DNA of 64,000 nucleotides from Octopus vulgaris (GCA_951406725.2 OX597837.1:5022001-5086000), one strand, 5' to 3'; shown: positions 1 through 13,598, counted from the first letter of the stretch. The notes: a model not told the origin generated them from the sequence alone. Made by a program: numbers and translations.

Positions 1-100
1 TTCTATGGCTGGATGCTGTTCCTGTCACCAACCCTTACTGGTTTCCAAGCAGAGTAACGTTTCCTCATGGCCAGACATGTTTTCCACAGGAAACTGGAAG
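1..100 (-). mobile_element. Remnant of an RTE-like 3' tail (same variant as 25000-25212)
   Basis: ttctatggctggatgc...ccaaccc...ttccaag...catggccagacatgttt matches the reverse complement of 25055-25140. Confidence 0.5.
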
Positions 101-166
101 CAACTGGCATCTTTTTGTACGATGGTGATGCTTGTTTGAAACCATTACCCGATATCAAAACAAGGG

Positions 167-445
167 TATACATACACACACACACATACATACACACATA
201 CACACAAATACACATAGGCACACATCCAAATGCACACATACACACACAAATATACACATGCACATATGCACACACAAATTCAGCAACATACATAAATACA
301 CACACACACAGATCGACACACATGCTCGCACACAAATACACACATACACACACACACACACACACACAAATAAACTCACATGCTCATACACAAATATACA
401 CACACACAAATACACACACACTCACACATACACACAGAGAAATGC

Positions 446-506
<61 letters not shown>

Positions 507-549
507 TACACACACACAACAACAACAACAACAATAACAACACACACAT
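167..549. repeat. Imperfect (CA)n microsatellite
   Basis: Directly visible. Confidence 0.95.
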
Positions 550-825
550 GATTTCGCTAATTCAGTACCCTCTCAAGGTCATTTATGCACAATTATGTTC
601 ATAATTAGTGCAGATTATTAATTATAAACTCTTGCTTATGTGATTTCAGTTCTTTGGTTTCAGCAACATGGAACTCGATACTTCTGTCTCCCCACCCCCA
701 CCTCTCTCCCCCTCTCTATCTTGTGTAACAGCAAAAAATATAAACCGCAAAAAGTGTTAACATCATTCAGTATTTAAATATCATCATCATCATCGTCGTC
801 ACCATTATATATATATGTGCACATC

Positions 826-856
<31 letters not shown>

Positions 857-857
<1 letters not shown>

Positions 858-1105
858 CATCATCATCGTCGTTTAATATCCGCTTTCCATGCTAGCATGG
901 GTTGGATGATTTGACTGGGGTCTGGCAAACCAGATGGCTGCACCAGGCTCCAATCTTGATCTGGCAGAGTTTCTACAGCTGGATGCCCTTCCTAACGCCA
1001 ACCACTCCGAGAGTGTAGTGGGTGCTTTTATGTGCCAGTAAGGCGATGCTGATATCGATCACGCTCGAATGGTGTCTTTTACATGCCACCGGCACAGAGG
1101 CCAGA
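857..1105 (-). mobile_element. RTE-clade LINE 3' UTR fragment with (GAT)n tail
   Basis: Reverse complement has ggttggcgttaggaagggcatccagctgtagaaa...catgctagcatggaaagcgga...gatgatgat, the same UTR that follows the RTE ORF end at 31148-31300. Confidence 0.8.
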
Positions 1106-1113
1106 TAGCCGCT

Positions 1114-1144
<31 letters not shown>

Positions 1145-1296
1145 ATGGGCTTCTTTCAGTTTCTGTGTACCAAATCCACTCACAAGGCTTTGGTCAGCCT
1201 GAGGCTATAGTAGAAGACACTTGCTCAAGGTGCCATGCAGTGGGACTGAACCCAGAACCATATGGCTGGTAAGCAAGCTACTTAACACACAGCCAC
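1145..1296 (-). mobile_element. SINE family A, 5' head only
   Basis: Matches the head of 1317-1733. Confidence 0.85.
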
Positions 1297-1316
1297 ACAT
1301 AAACACACACTCATGT

Positions 1317-1733
1317 ATAGGTGCAGGAGTGGCGGTGTTGTAAGTAGCTTGCTTACCAACCACATAGTTCCGGGTTCAGTCCTACTCCGTGGCACCTTGG
1401 GCAAGTGCCTTCTACTATAGCCTCGGGCCGACCACAACCTGGTGAGTGGATTTGGTAGACGGAAACTGAAAGAAGCCTATCATATATATGTATATGTATA
1501 TGTGTGTGTGTGTGTGTGCTTGTTTGTGGGTTTGTATTTGTCCCCCCAACATCGCTTGACAATCGATGCTGGTGTGTTTACATCCCCTTAACTTAGTGGT
1601 TCGGCAAAAGAGATTGATAGAATAAGTACTAGGCTTACAAAGAATAAGTCCTGGGGTTGATTTGCTCGACTAAAGGCATTGCTCCAGCATGGCCACAGTC
1701 AAATGACTGAAACAAGTAAAAGAACAAAAGAAT
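1317..1733 (+). mobile_element. tRNA-derived SINE family A, full length
   Basis: A-box-like gtggcggtgttgtaag, B-box-like gggttcagtcc, internal (TA)/(TG) tract, tail gactgaaacaagtaaaaga; more than 20 related copies in the window. Confidence 0.9.
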
Positions 1734-1767
1734 AGGTGCAGCTGGTAAGAAGTACACACTACACATA

Positions 1768-1930
1768 TAGGGCTTCTTTCAGTTTCCATATTCCATTTCC
1801 ACTCATAAAGCTTTGGTTGACCTGAGTCTATAGTAGAAGACACTTGTCCAAGGTGCTATGCAGTGGGCTTGAACCTGAAATCATGTGGTTGGGAAGCAAG
1901 CTCCTTATCCATACAACTATGCCTGCGCCT
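1768..1930 (-). mobile_element. SINE family A head, diverged
   Basis: Similarity to family A head. Confidence 0.8.
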
Positions 1931-1982
1931 TAGCAAGCTTCTTATCTTCAAAGCCTCTCCTGTGGTTTAAAATGTATATTGT

Positions 1983-2043
1983 TTCCCTGGTGGGGAATTG
2001 AACCCAGTTCTCTGCGTGACGGGTGGGGACACTTACCACTGTG
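1983..2043 (-). pseudogene. tRNA-Asp(GTC) pseudogene
   Basis: Reverse complement cagtggtaagtgtccccacccGTCacgcagagaactgggttcaattccccaccaggga aligns to canonical eukaryotic tRNA-Asp; anticodon at 2018-2020; 5' acceptor strand lost and stems mutated. Confidence 0.75.
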
Positions 2044-2057
2044 AAATATATGCCTGG

Positions 2058-2430
2058 GCTTGTGCGTGCATGTGTGCTTGTGTGTGTGTGTGTGTGTGAG
2101 CTTGTGTGTGCTTGTGTGTATGTGTGTATGTACATGTGTGTGTGAGTGTGCATGTGCCTCTGTGTGTGTGTAAGTGTGTGTGCATGTGCGTGTGCCTCTG
2201 TGTGTGCCTCTGTGTGTATGCATGTGTGAGTGTGTGTGTGTGCTTGTGTATGTGCCTCTGTGTGTGTATGTGTATGCATGTGTGTGTGTGTGCTTGTGTG
2301 TGCTTGTGTGAGTGTGTATGTGCATGTGTGTGTGCTTGTGTGTGTGTAGTTGTTTGTTTTCTCTGGATGGTGGTTTATTGAAATGAATGTCTGCAGGAGT
2401 TGGATGTGTGTGTGTGTGTGTGTGTGTGTG
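2058..2430. repeat. Imperfect (GT)n microsatellite
   Basis: Directly visible. Confidence 0.95.
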
Positions 2431-2682
2431 GAGGGGGTTAGGATAGCGAGAGAGGAAGGGGTGGGAGGAACATGGAAAGAAAAACACAGAAAGAAAAGAG
2501 GAAAATGCAAAAGGAAAAAGAAACAGAAGAGATGCCATGAGATTGAAGGAGACGGTGACCGATAAGGAGAGAAAGGAGAGAGAGAGAGATGGAGATAGAG
2601 GGAGGGAGAGAGGGAGAGTAATTAAAATCATGTAATTTCACTGATATAGAATTTGAGAGGTCACCATAAGATAAGAAAATAG

Positions 2683-2685
<3 letters not shown>

Positions 2686-2730
<45 letters not shown>

Positions 2731-2741
2731 TATATATATAC

Positions 2742-2788
<47 letters not shown>

Positions 2789-2833
2789 TATATATACGTC
2801 TGCATGTATACACACATACATGCCTATATACAC

Positions 2834-2917
<84 letters not shown>

Positions 2918-2960
2918 TATAAACATATATATATATGTGTGTGTACATATATATATATAA
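2686..2960. repeat. (TA)n microsatellite
   Basis: Directly visible. Confidence 0.95.
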
Positions 2961-3030
2961 ATATTCAAAAGTACGTGTGTTGTTTAAGTATCAGAATCTG
3001 CTGTTTATCCATTCAGGAAAAAAAAATCCC

Positions 3031-3250
3031 TTTAACCCTTCAGAATTTAAATCGGTCATATCCCTTCATATCCAGCTCAAATTATTCTACCCCGGTTTAT
3101 GTCTAAATCAACCAGATCCAGCACCTTGCACCAACCCTACAATGTCATTCTAAAATTAAACAATCTCATTACTGAAATCTCAAAAGGGACAAGTTAATTA
3201 ATACCTGATCAATTCAAAATAATGTGAATAAATAAGTGAAAGGACAAAGA
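3031..3250. mobile_element. Old MITE-like repeat starting ttaaccctt (piggyBac-like end); related pieces at 41505-41640 and 42290-42362
   Basis: acaatgtcattctaaaa...aatgtgaataaataa matches the reverse complement of 41545-41640. Confidence 0.45.
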
Positions 3251-3284
3251 GGTATAGTGTTAAAAAACACATATACGCACAGTT

Positions 3285-4076
<792 letters not shown>

Positions 4077-4079
4077 AAT

Positions 4080-4409
4080 GCTGAGACCCCCTTTGGTCAT
4101 GACTGACCATGGTATTGCACCTACCTGGCACAAGACTGGGCAATGATGTTTATGGAAGACCAGCAGTCGCCCATGCATACCGGCCTCCCCTCTCCATGCC
4201 ACCAGTGTTATCCAAGGGAAAGGCAAAGGGGTCGATACAGCTTGGCACATGTGACGTCGCAACTCATTTCTAAAGCTGAGTGAACTGGAGTAAAGTGAAA
4301 TAAAGTGTCTTGCTCAAGAACACAGCATGCAGCCCAGTCCGGGAATCAAACTCACAAACCTCAAGATCCTAAGCTCAATGCTCTAACCACTGAGGCATAT
4401 GCCTTCACT
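4080..4409 (-). mobile_element. tRNA-derived SINE family H
   Basis: Reverse complement has a tRNA-like head (cagtggttagagcatt...gagtttgattcccgg) and core ttcttgagcaagacactttatttcac; second copy at 59265-59580. Confidence 0.85.
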
Positions 4410-4419
4410 ATATACACAC

Positions 4420-4456
<37 letters not shown>

Positions 4457-4835
4457 GTTGTGGCCTATGCCAGTGTTGTGTAAATAGTACCTGTGCTGGT
4501 GGCACGTAAACACGTAAACAGTGACCAAGACCTTTGGCGATATACTATGCTTGAGAAGACCCTACAAGCCAAGTGAGATCGTAGTTGTGACTGATCCTGG
4601 TTCTATGTAACTGGGACCCTTGCTGGTGGCACGTAATTAGCACCCACTACACTCTTGGAGCTTTTGGCATTAAGAAGGGCATCCAGTTATAGAAACGATG
4701 GTAAATTAGATTGGAACCTGGTGCAACTCCCCCAGCTTACCAATTTTCAGTTAAACCATCCAACCCATGCCAGCATGGAAAAACAGATGTTAAATGATGA
4801 TGATGATGGTGATGGTGATGACAATGATTATGATG
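4457..4835 (+). mobile_element. RTE-clade LINE 3' end (ORF tail DQDLWRYTMLEKT plus UTR and (GAT)n)
   Basis: gtgaccaagacctttggcgatatactatgcttgagaagacc matches the ORF end at 31245-31300; UTR motif aagggcatccag. Confidence 0.75.
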
Positions 4836-4837
4836 AT

Positions 4838-4992
4838 AACAGGCTTCTTACACTTTCCATCAACAAAATATACTCACTAAGCTTTGGTCAGCTTGAGGCT
4901 ATAGTAGAAGACACTTGCCCAAGGTGTCATGCAGTGGGACTGAACCTGTAACTATGTGGTTGGGAAGCAAGCTTCTTGCTACCCAGCTATGA
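4838..4992 (-). mobile_element. SINE family A head
   Basis: Similarity to family A head. Confidence 0.8.
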
Positions 4993-5099
4993 CCCTGTTT
5001 ATTTTTATTTGTAATTTTTCTTTTTTTACAAAATTAATTTGTTTCTGAGAAAAAAATTCGTAAAATACCAGAAAAAAATATTTTTAATGATTGTGTAAA

Positions 5100-5470
5100 T
5101 ATGAAAGAAAGAGAAGGAGAAAGAGAGTAAGGGAGTTGGAGAGAGAGAGGGGGGAAGAGAGAAAGACTGAGTGAGAAGTAGAGAGAGAGAGTGAGAGAAA
5201 GAGAAGGATAGAGATACAGTGAGATAGAGAGAGAAAGAGAGAGATAGAATGAGAGATAGAGACAGCAGAAAGACAGAGAGAGAAAAAGGGTGATGGAGAC
5301 TGCAAAATAGAGTGAGAAATAGAGAGGTAGAAGGAAAGAGAGAGAGAGAGAGTGAGGGAGAAGGGTGAAAGAGAGTAAGAGATACAGAGTGAGTGAGATA
5401 GAGAAAAAGAGAGAGTGTGAGACAGACAGATAAAGACAGATAATAGATAGAAAGATAGACAGACAGACAG
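5100..5470. repeat. Imperfect (GA)n purine tract
   Basis: Directly visible. Confidence 0.9.
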
Positions 5471-5495
5471 ATATATATATATATATATATATATT

Positions 5496-5717
5496 ACTCT
5501 TTTACTCTTTTACTTGTTTCAGTCATTTGACTGTGGCCATGCTGGAACACTGCCTTTAATCGAGCAACTCGACCCCGGGACTTATTCTTTTGTAAGCCCA
5601 GTACTTATTCTGTCGGTCTCTTTTGCTGAACCGCTACGTTACGGGGACATAAACACACCAGCATTGGTTGTCAAGTGATGTTGGGGGGACAAACACAGAC
5701 ACACAAACACACACACG

Positions 5718-5756
<39 letters not shown>

Positions 5757-5919
5757 GACGGGCTTCTTTTCAGTTTCCATCTACCAAATCCACTCACAAG
5801 GCTTTGGTCGGCCCGAGGCTATAGTAGAAGACACTATCCCAAGGTGCCACGCAGTGGGACTGAACCCGAAACCATGTGGTTGGTAAACAAGCTACTTACT
5901 ACACAGCCACTCCTGCGCC

Positions 5920-5921
<2 letters not shown>
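5496..5921 (-). mobile_element. SINE family A, full length
   Basis: Reverse complement of the 1317-1733 consensus. Confidence 0.9.
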
Positions 5922-5970
<49 letters not shown>

Positions 5971-5980
5971 TAGCAAAAAC

Positions 5981-6016
5981 TGTCCGATGAACGGCAACGG
6001 GAAACTCAGAGTAACA
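5981..6016 (+). ncRNA. Minimal type-I hammerhead ribozyme-like motif
   Basis: UGU-CCGAUGA-a CG GCAA CG g-GAAA-CUC A GAG-UA-ACA; stem I UGU/ACA, GUA cleavage triplet. Confidence 0.55.
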
Positions 6017-6095
6017 TGTTTTGTTGAATTTTTTTCTGCTTTAAATAAAGTATATATATATATATATAAATATATATATAGAGATATATATAGAG

Positions 6096-6131
<36 letters not shown>

Positions 6132-6303
6132 AGGGAGAGAAAGAGAGAGAGAGAAATTATAGGTTTTGCTGATTACAGACAGATAATGATGGTTATCTTG
6201 GTTTAATACCAAGAAATTTCTCTACATTCAATAAATTTTTAATTAGAATTTCTCTGTGTTATTTAATAAACATAATATTTCACTTGTACACAACTGTATA
6301 TGT

Positions 6304-6349
<46 letters not shown>

Positions 6350-6602
6350 ACACACATATTGGGTATGGTAGATGAGTTCAGCAAAAATTTAGATTCAGAA
6401 GAATATGGTACCTAAGTCGAGGCACCAGAATTTAGTACGGTATTATCCATACAATTTCAAAATAAGGTGATTAAAATCAAAATAAGCAACAAGGATATCC
6501 AGAGGTAATGCAGTACTATCGTTTAAAGCAACTCCATTTAATTGAACAATGCAATCATTCGAACAGGCGGTCAGTAGTGATGCCTGCTGGATTCAGCTGC
6601 TC

Positions 6603-6641
6603 TGCATTGATAAAGGGCAAATACCCTGAAACTAGTCTGCA
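6603..6641 (+). ncRNA. Minimal type-I hammerhead ribozyme-like motif
   Basis: UGCA-UUGAUAA-AGGG caaaua CCCU-GAAA-CUAG-UC-UGCA; palindromic stem III ACUAGU, GUC triplet. Confidence 0.65.
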
Positions 6642-6855
6642 TATGCTTGACCAGCAAGGGGAAGCAGCTGACCTCCCCTGTTCGAAGGTTATAATGGAAA
6701 CAGATTTGAGTGTCACATAGCTAGCTAGAGGCGATGGCCTCTTGGAGTTAATCAACGGCAGCATTCGTCCTATATTTCTGGACTGCCATGTTAGCTTGGT
6801 GATAACTATTGATATCCAGTACCGCTACCGTAGTCTCCTTCAGAGAGACTTAGAA

Positions 6856-7660
6856 ACATGCACACATGCATCCATACACATACATTCACACACACATACA
6901 TTCACACACACATACATACACGACACATACATACGCACACATGCACGTAAACATACGCAACACACACTGATATGCACAAACATACACACACACATGCTCA
7001 CACTGACATGCACACTTATACATACACACACAGACACATACACACACACATTTACACACACACAGACACACATACGCACACATATCTACAGTCACACACA
7101 GACACACATATACATACACACATGCTCATATCGACATGCACACTCATACATAAACACACGGACACACATACGCACACATGTACACACACACAGACTCACA
7201 TATGCACACACACACATGTACACTCACACACAGACACACATACACACACACATGCTCACACCGACATGCACACATAGATACACACACAGACACACATACG
7301 CACACACACATGTATACTCACACACCGACACACATACACACACACATGCTCACATTGACATGCACACTCATACATACACACACAGACACACATACGCACA
7401 CACATGTACACTGACACACACAGACACATATACACACACACATGCACACACACAGAAAGCTACGATCACATACATAAAGCTACATAAACACACACAGACA
7501 CACACACCTACACACACACATGCACACAGCTATGTCAACAGATACATAATACTTCAAACAAGACTTAACATATAAACACATACATGAAAGCACACACACA
7601 CACACACACACACCTATATACATACATACATATGCATACACACACACACACACACACATG
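6856..7660. repeat. Imperfect (CA)n microsatellite
   Basis: Directly visible. Confidence 0.95.
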
Positions 7661-7837
7661 AAGGAAGCGGTGGAGCTTCCATTGAGGAAGACTACTGCAG
7701 GAAATGGGGTGGTCGGGGTGGGAATGGGGTGTTGTGCAATTGTTGGAGTGATTTAACCCTGCCCCCACCCCCCACCTTTCTCACAGACAGACAGGAAGTT
7801 GTGAAAATTGAGCAGGGGTGGAGCAGTGTCAGGTAGC

Positions 7838-8720
7838 GGTGGTGGTGGTGGTGGTGGTGGCAGTGGAGATAATGTTGGTGATGGTGGTGGTGGTGATGGT
7901 AAAGGTGGTTGTGTGGTGATGATGGTAAAGGTGGTTGTGTAAGTGGTATTAATATATTGTTGTTGTTGATGCTCTTGGTGATAGTGGTGTTGGTGATAGT
8001 GTTGTTGGTGGTAGTAGTGGTGTTGGTGGTATAGTAGTGGTGGTAGTGTTGGTGTTGGTAGTCGTGTTGGTGGTAGTGTTGTTGGTGGGTGGTGTGGTGG
8101 TTGGTGGTGGTAGTGTTGGTGGTAGTAGTGGTGGTGGTGGTGGTAGTGGTGGTGGTGATAGTAGTGGTGGTGGTGGTTAGTGGTGTTGGTGGTAGTGGTG
8201 TTGGTGGTTGTGGTGTTGGTGGTATAGTGGTGGTGGTAGTAGTGGTGGTGGTGGTGGTGTTGGTGGTATAGTAGTGGTGGTAGTGTTGGTGGTATAGTGT
8301 TGGTGGTAGTGTTGGTGGTAGTGTTGGTGGTAGTGGTGTTAGTGGTATAGTAGTGGTGGTAGTGTTGTTGTTAGTGGTGTTGGTAGTAGTAGTGTTGGTG
8401 TTAGTGGTGTTGGTGGTAGTGGTGTTGGTGGTATAGTGTTGGTGGTAGTAGTAGTGGTGGTGGTGGTAGTAGTTATGGTAGAGGTGGTGGCGGTGATGGT
8501 GCAGTAAGTGGTTTTAACGTTATTGTTGTGGTTGGTAGTGGTTGTGATGATGGTACAGGTGGTGGTGTAAGAGGTGTGAATGTGCTGTTGTTGTTGCTAG
8601 TAGTGTTAATGTGTTGATATGGTGATGGTGGTGGTGGTGGTGGTGATGGTGTCAGCGCAGAGGTTGTGGTTATAGTTGTAGTTGTGGTTGTAGAGGATGG
8701 TAATGGTGATGATGATGGTG
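7838..8720. repeat. (GGT/GTA/GTT)n trinucleotide low-complexity tract
   Basis: Directly visible. Confidence 0.95.
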
Positions 8721-9526
8721 CTGTTATTGTTGTTTTCTTTTCTCAAACCTTCTTCGATTGAGCACAACCATTCTAACCATGACCAACCTGGTATTGTGTA
8801 ACAAGGAGGACAATGTCAACCAATGTGTTCTTGTTTGTTAAAAAAATGGTGGTATATGATTTCAGAGAGATTTGACTGCCATTTTTAGCAGGTCCAAAGA
8901 CCACAGAAAGACACATCTGGTGAGAGTTATGGTGGTGGTGGTGGATGTGGTAGTGACAATGAAGAAGGGGCAGTAGTAGTGATAAAGTTGATGATGGCGG
9001 TGGTGGAGGTGTTCAAATGGTTATTGTGGTGGTTGCGGTAGTAATGCTGGTGGTAGATGTGGTGATTGTAGGGTGGCTGCAATGGTTGTGATGATAGTGA
9101 GGCTAAAAACTGGAGGTATCAGTGATGGTAGTGATGTAATATATATAATTTCTCTGAAAGACAAAGGCTGCAGCAATATTTCCTGTATTTCAGTCAACTC
9201 AGAGTGGAGCCCACAAACAGATAGTTATGAGAGGAGATTCACATGCCAAACATAGCTGGGTGGTTTACAACGTTGCTTTCATTAGATTTTTCAAGGAAGA
9301 GAATCTATTAGTAAGATATGGGAGCCAGATCCAGTATATCTTGTTTTATGAAAGCTGTCCTGATAGTCATTAAGGATGGGGAGAAATTCAAGGTTTTGGA
9401 GTAGGCTGTTGTTAGTGGCTGTCTCAGTCACTCTTGGAAACACTCACAAAACAGAATATAGAACCAGATGACTCAACCACCCTAATGTCAGCTGGAGAGT
9501 GAGTAGCTAAAACAGTGTAACAGCCC

Positions 9527-9600
<74 letters not shown>

Positions 9601-9606
9601 GTATAT

Positions 9607-9815
9607 AGTTAATCCAAACATGAAAACACAAAGAGAAAACATAACAACATGAAGACGTGGAACAAGTATAGTGTTATTGGACGCTCAGGAAAGGAAAGAA
9701 AGAAGGAGGATTTAACGTTTCGAGCGAAGCTCTTCGTCAGAAACATAGGAAAAGGGAAGATCCAAAGAAGGGAAGACAGAGGAAAAAAAATCGCCAATGG
9801 TACACACGCGGTCAC
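9607..9815 (-). mobile_element. HHR-bearing short repeat, family D (Penelope pLTR-like); HHR at 9710-9744
   Basis: Reverse complement GUUU-CUGACGA-a-GAGC uuc GCUC-GAAA-CG-UU-AAAU; copies at 14535, 36672 and 61832. Confidence 0.75.
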
Positions 9816-9860
9816 GTAAATGTTGAATGATGAAATGAGTGCTCAACACTGTAATGGTAG

Positions 9861-10040
9861 ATATATAATTTCTTTATTTGTGAATTAAGGCTACCATTGG
9901 TTTCATGTTAAGAAAATGGAGGCAAATACCTTTCTCCAAGTGATCGGCTTGAAAAATTGTTAAGACACTAAGATATCTTCCTACTTTTCTTAACATGAAA
10001 CCAACAGTAGCTTTAATTCACAAATAAAGAAAATATATAT
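9861..10040. repeat. AT-rich inverted repeat (about 60-bp arms), MITE-like
   Basis: tttctttatttgtgaattaaggctac...ttcatgttaagaaaa versus ttttcttaacatgaaacc...gtagctttaattcacaaataaagaaa. Confidence 0.8.
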
Positions 10041-10042
10041 AT

Positions 10043-10185
10043 AGGGAGAGTTTACGAAAAAAACAAAAGACGAAGACAGGTGGTGTACAAAACAAACAGA
10101 TGTATTAGTATAACGCTTAGGAATTAAAAAAGTCTTTTACGTTTTGAGCCTACGCTCTTCTACAGAAAGGGACACAGAAAAAACA
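10043..10185 (-). mobile_element. HHR-bearing short repeat, family E; HHR at 10134-10169
   Basis: Reverse complement CUUU-CUGUAGA-a-GAGC guag GCUC-aAAA-CG-UA-AAAG; five copies in the window. Confidence 0.7.
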
Positions 10186-10223
10186 TATATATATATATAT
10201 ATATGTATGTATTTCATATTCGA

Positions 10224-10304
10224 GACTCTGATGAAGCAATAGAGTTTTACTCAGGCACTCCACTAGGAGACCACTGAATCCTGTAGCAGAAACAGTCGTA
10301 AGCT
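10224..10304 (+). ncRNA. Hammerhead-like motif with long stem II, decayed
   Basis: gacu-CUGAUGA (10228-34)...GAAA (10289-92)-CAGUCG-UA-agcu. Confidence 0.45.
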
Positions 10305-10382
10305 AATGAAGGTCATAAGATAACTGCTTATTCCTTTGTCATCTCAATTTCATATATGGTGTTAAAGAATGATGATGACGAC

Positions 10383-10432
<50 letters not shown>

Positions 10433-10891
10433 AACACACATATATATATATCACTACCACCCACACATCCATCATAAAACATACCATCATCACCACCACC
10501 ATCACCAACAACAACAACACCCACGCACACACCGCCTATATACATCTGTGTGTGTGTGGGATACACCACTACACTTACTAATACCACCACCCACCCACCC
10601 ACCCACTGTCACCAACCACATTACTGACAATTTTGCCCTTTTTCTGCCCCTGATTAGATGTCACCAGACTACAAGGTTTATAGGGAGTTGTTTGGAGATT
10701 CTAAGGAAAGAACCACAGCATGTGTATGTATGTGTGTATACATACATACAAACACACATACATACACACAAATATACATACATGCATACATGTATAAATA
10801 CACTTGCTTTTACCCACATTATATGTATATATGACTGCATATATGTGTGTGTATGTGTGTACATATTTGTGTGTTTGTATATCAATGACTA

Positions 10892-10959
<68 letters not shown>

Positions 10960-11001
10960 CATATATATATATATATATATATATGTCTATCTCTCGCTCT
11001 T

Positions 11002-11065
<64 letters not shown>

Positions 11066-11489
11066 CGCGAGTATGTGTGTGTGAGTGCATGTGAGTTCAT
11101 GTGTATACCCTATACAAACACACAAGCATATACACACACACACACACACAAAACTACCCACCCCACGCTCCCCATACACAACTACCCTGAAGTGACAAAA
11201 TATCACAACTCCCTACTTAATATCAGTTTGGTTGAGGGAAAGGGATCCGGTGGGGTGGGTGGGTCTGAGTGGGTAGGTGAGGTTGAGGGGGTGGGGCGGT
11301 GGTGGTGATGAAGGTTAATTAGACATTTATCTCAAGTGAGGCAAAATGTCACTGTATATACTACACCTAACCCAAGCCACCCCTAATTCACCTCCTCCAC
11401 TGCTCCCACTTCATGGTGGTGGCGGCAATGGTGGTGTGGGACTTATTCCCTCTCATTCAGCTCCCTGATTTCTTTCTTTATTCTTTAAG

Positions 11490-11720
11490 TTTTTACTCTT
11501 TTACTTCTTTCAGTCATTAGATTGTGGCCATGCTGGGGCAATGCCACGAAGAATTTTTAGTCAAACAAAATTGATTCCGGACTAATTTAGTTTTTAAGCC
11601 TGGTACTTATTTTATTGGTCTGTCTTGCCAAACTACTAAGTCACAGGAACATAAACACGCCAACACTGGTTGTCAACCGGTGGGGGTTGGGTGAGAACAA
11701 ACATGGACACAAAGACACAC
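11490..11720 (-). mobile_element. SINE family A-related 3' half
   Basis: tttactcttttactt...tgtggccatgctgggg...taaacacgccaacactggttgtcaa. Confidence 0.75.
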
Positions 11721-11728
11721 ACACATAG

Positions 11729-11765
<37 letters not shown>

Positions 11766-11766
<1 letters not shown>

Positions 11767-11985
11767 CGGGGGGGGAAGCTTTATGAAAATAAACAAAAGA
11801 CAAAGGCAGGTGGAATACAAACAAGCGATTGTATTAGTATGGCGTTCAGGAATATAAATAAAACAAGTCTTTTATGTTTTGAGCCTACGCTCTTCAACAG
11901 AAAGATACACAGAAAAAAAATAAGGAGAGAAACAAGGAGAGAAAAAAATGCGTGCAGAGGCTAGCGAACCAACATGGCGATCTCA
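11766..11985 (-). mobile_element. Family E HHR repeat; HHR at 11869-11904
   Basis: gagcctacgctcttcaacagaaag; flanked by (TA)n. Confidence 0.7.
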
Positions 11986-12002
11986 ATATATATATATATA
12001 TA

Positions 12003-12496
12003 CTAGCAGTATCGCCCGGTGTTGCTCGGGTTTGTAAGGGAAATAACTATATAAGCATTTTTAGAGAGTTACTTCCCTTATAGATGCCAATTCGGGCTTT
12101 CTTAGCCATTTCTGTTTTGGTGTCTTCAAGCCATGAAGTCGTTGTTCTAAAAGAACGCTGGTCTCCTTGACAACGCATTACGATGTTGATTTCTTTACAC
12201 TCCCTTCCCCACAGCTTCACGAGGGAGGGAAGGGGGAGAAGCAAACAGGTGCAGCTGTGAGCGTGGACGCCAACTCCGCCGCCATCGACACACGAAAAAT
12301 TATGCATTAAAATGGAATAAAAAATTATGTTAAATTATTTTTAAAATCGTAGACTCATCGTTGACGCGCGCTAATAGCCAGACGGGCTCGATATGAATCA
12401 CGACTATAAGATACCCGAATTTGGTTAAACTGCACCGCAAAATGTGGGAGGAGTTAGGAATCTAAATCGAAGGGGACAGACACTCACACAACTAGA

Positions 12497-12510
<14 letters not shown>
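12003..12510 (-). mobile_element. Non-autonomous Helitron
   Basis: Reverse complement ends cccgagcaacaccggg (hairpin)-cgatactg-CTAG|T, the same 3' terminus as 46157-46184; 5' end is lost in (TA)n. Confidence 0.75.
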
Positions 12511-12540
<30 letters not shown>

Positions 12541-12564
12541 CAGACATACACACACATATATATA

Positions 12565-12799
12565 TTCTTATATTTTTTTACTTGTTTCAGTCATTTGACG
12601 GCGGCCATGCTGGAGCAAAGATTTTAGTTGAGCAAATCGACCTCAGGACTTTTCCATCGGTCCCTGTTGCTGAACTGCTAAGTTATAGGGACGTAAACAC
12701 ACCAACATTGGATGTGAAGTGATGGCGGGAAGACAAACACAGCCATACAAACACATACACACACACACACGTGCACACACACGCACACACTCACACACA

Positions 12800-12848
<49 letters not shown>

Positions 12849-12895
12849 GATGGGCTTCTTTCAGTTTCCGTCTACCAAATCCACTCACAAGGCTT
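12565..12895 (-). mobile_element. SINE family A, 5'-truncated
   Basis: Similarity to family A. Confidence 0.8.
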
Positions 12896-12954
12896 CTACT
12901 GTATAGCCTGAGTCACATGACTGAAACAAATAAAAGAATAAAAGAATATATGTT

Positions 12955-13007
<53 letters not shown>

Positions 13008-13169
13008 GTATATATATGTATATATATCATCACAATCATCATCATCATCATCATCATTTACTGTCTGTTTTCCATGCTGGCATGGGTTAGAGAGTTTGAC
13101 TGGAACAGGCATGCCAGATAGCTGCACCGGGTTCCAGCCTGGTTTGGCATGAAATGTATATATATATAT

Positions 13170-13342
13170 ACTCTTTTACTTATTTCAGTCATTTGACTAC
13201 AGCCATGCTGGAGCACTGCCTTTAGTCGAGCAAATCACCCCCAGGACTTATTCTTTGTTAGCCTAGTACTTATGCTATCGATCTCTTTTGCCCAACCACT
13301 AAGTTATGGGGAAGTAAACGCACCAGCATCGGTTGTCAAGCA

Positions 13343-13404
<62 letters not shown>

Positions 13405-13598
13405 CGAGGAGTTTCTTTCAGTTTCTGTCTACCAAATCCACTCACAAGGCTTTGGTTGGCCCGAGGCTATATATATAAATGTGTGTGTGTGTGTGTGTGT
13501 GTGTGGGTGTAGAAGACACTTGCCCAAGTTGCCATGCAGTGGGACTGAACCCGGAACCATGTGATTGGTAAGCAAGCTACTTACCACACAGCCACTCC
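13170..13598 (-). mobile_element. SINE family A with a microsatellite interrupting the head
   Basis: Similarity to family A; (TA)(TG) tract splits gaggctata/gtagaagac. Confidence 0.85.

Noticed and set aside
1317-1400. SINE heads as functional tRNA genes
   Set aside because: Only A/B-box similarity, no complete cloverleaf, and always joined to SINE bodies.
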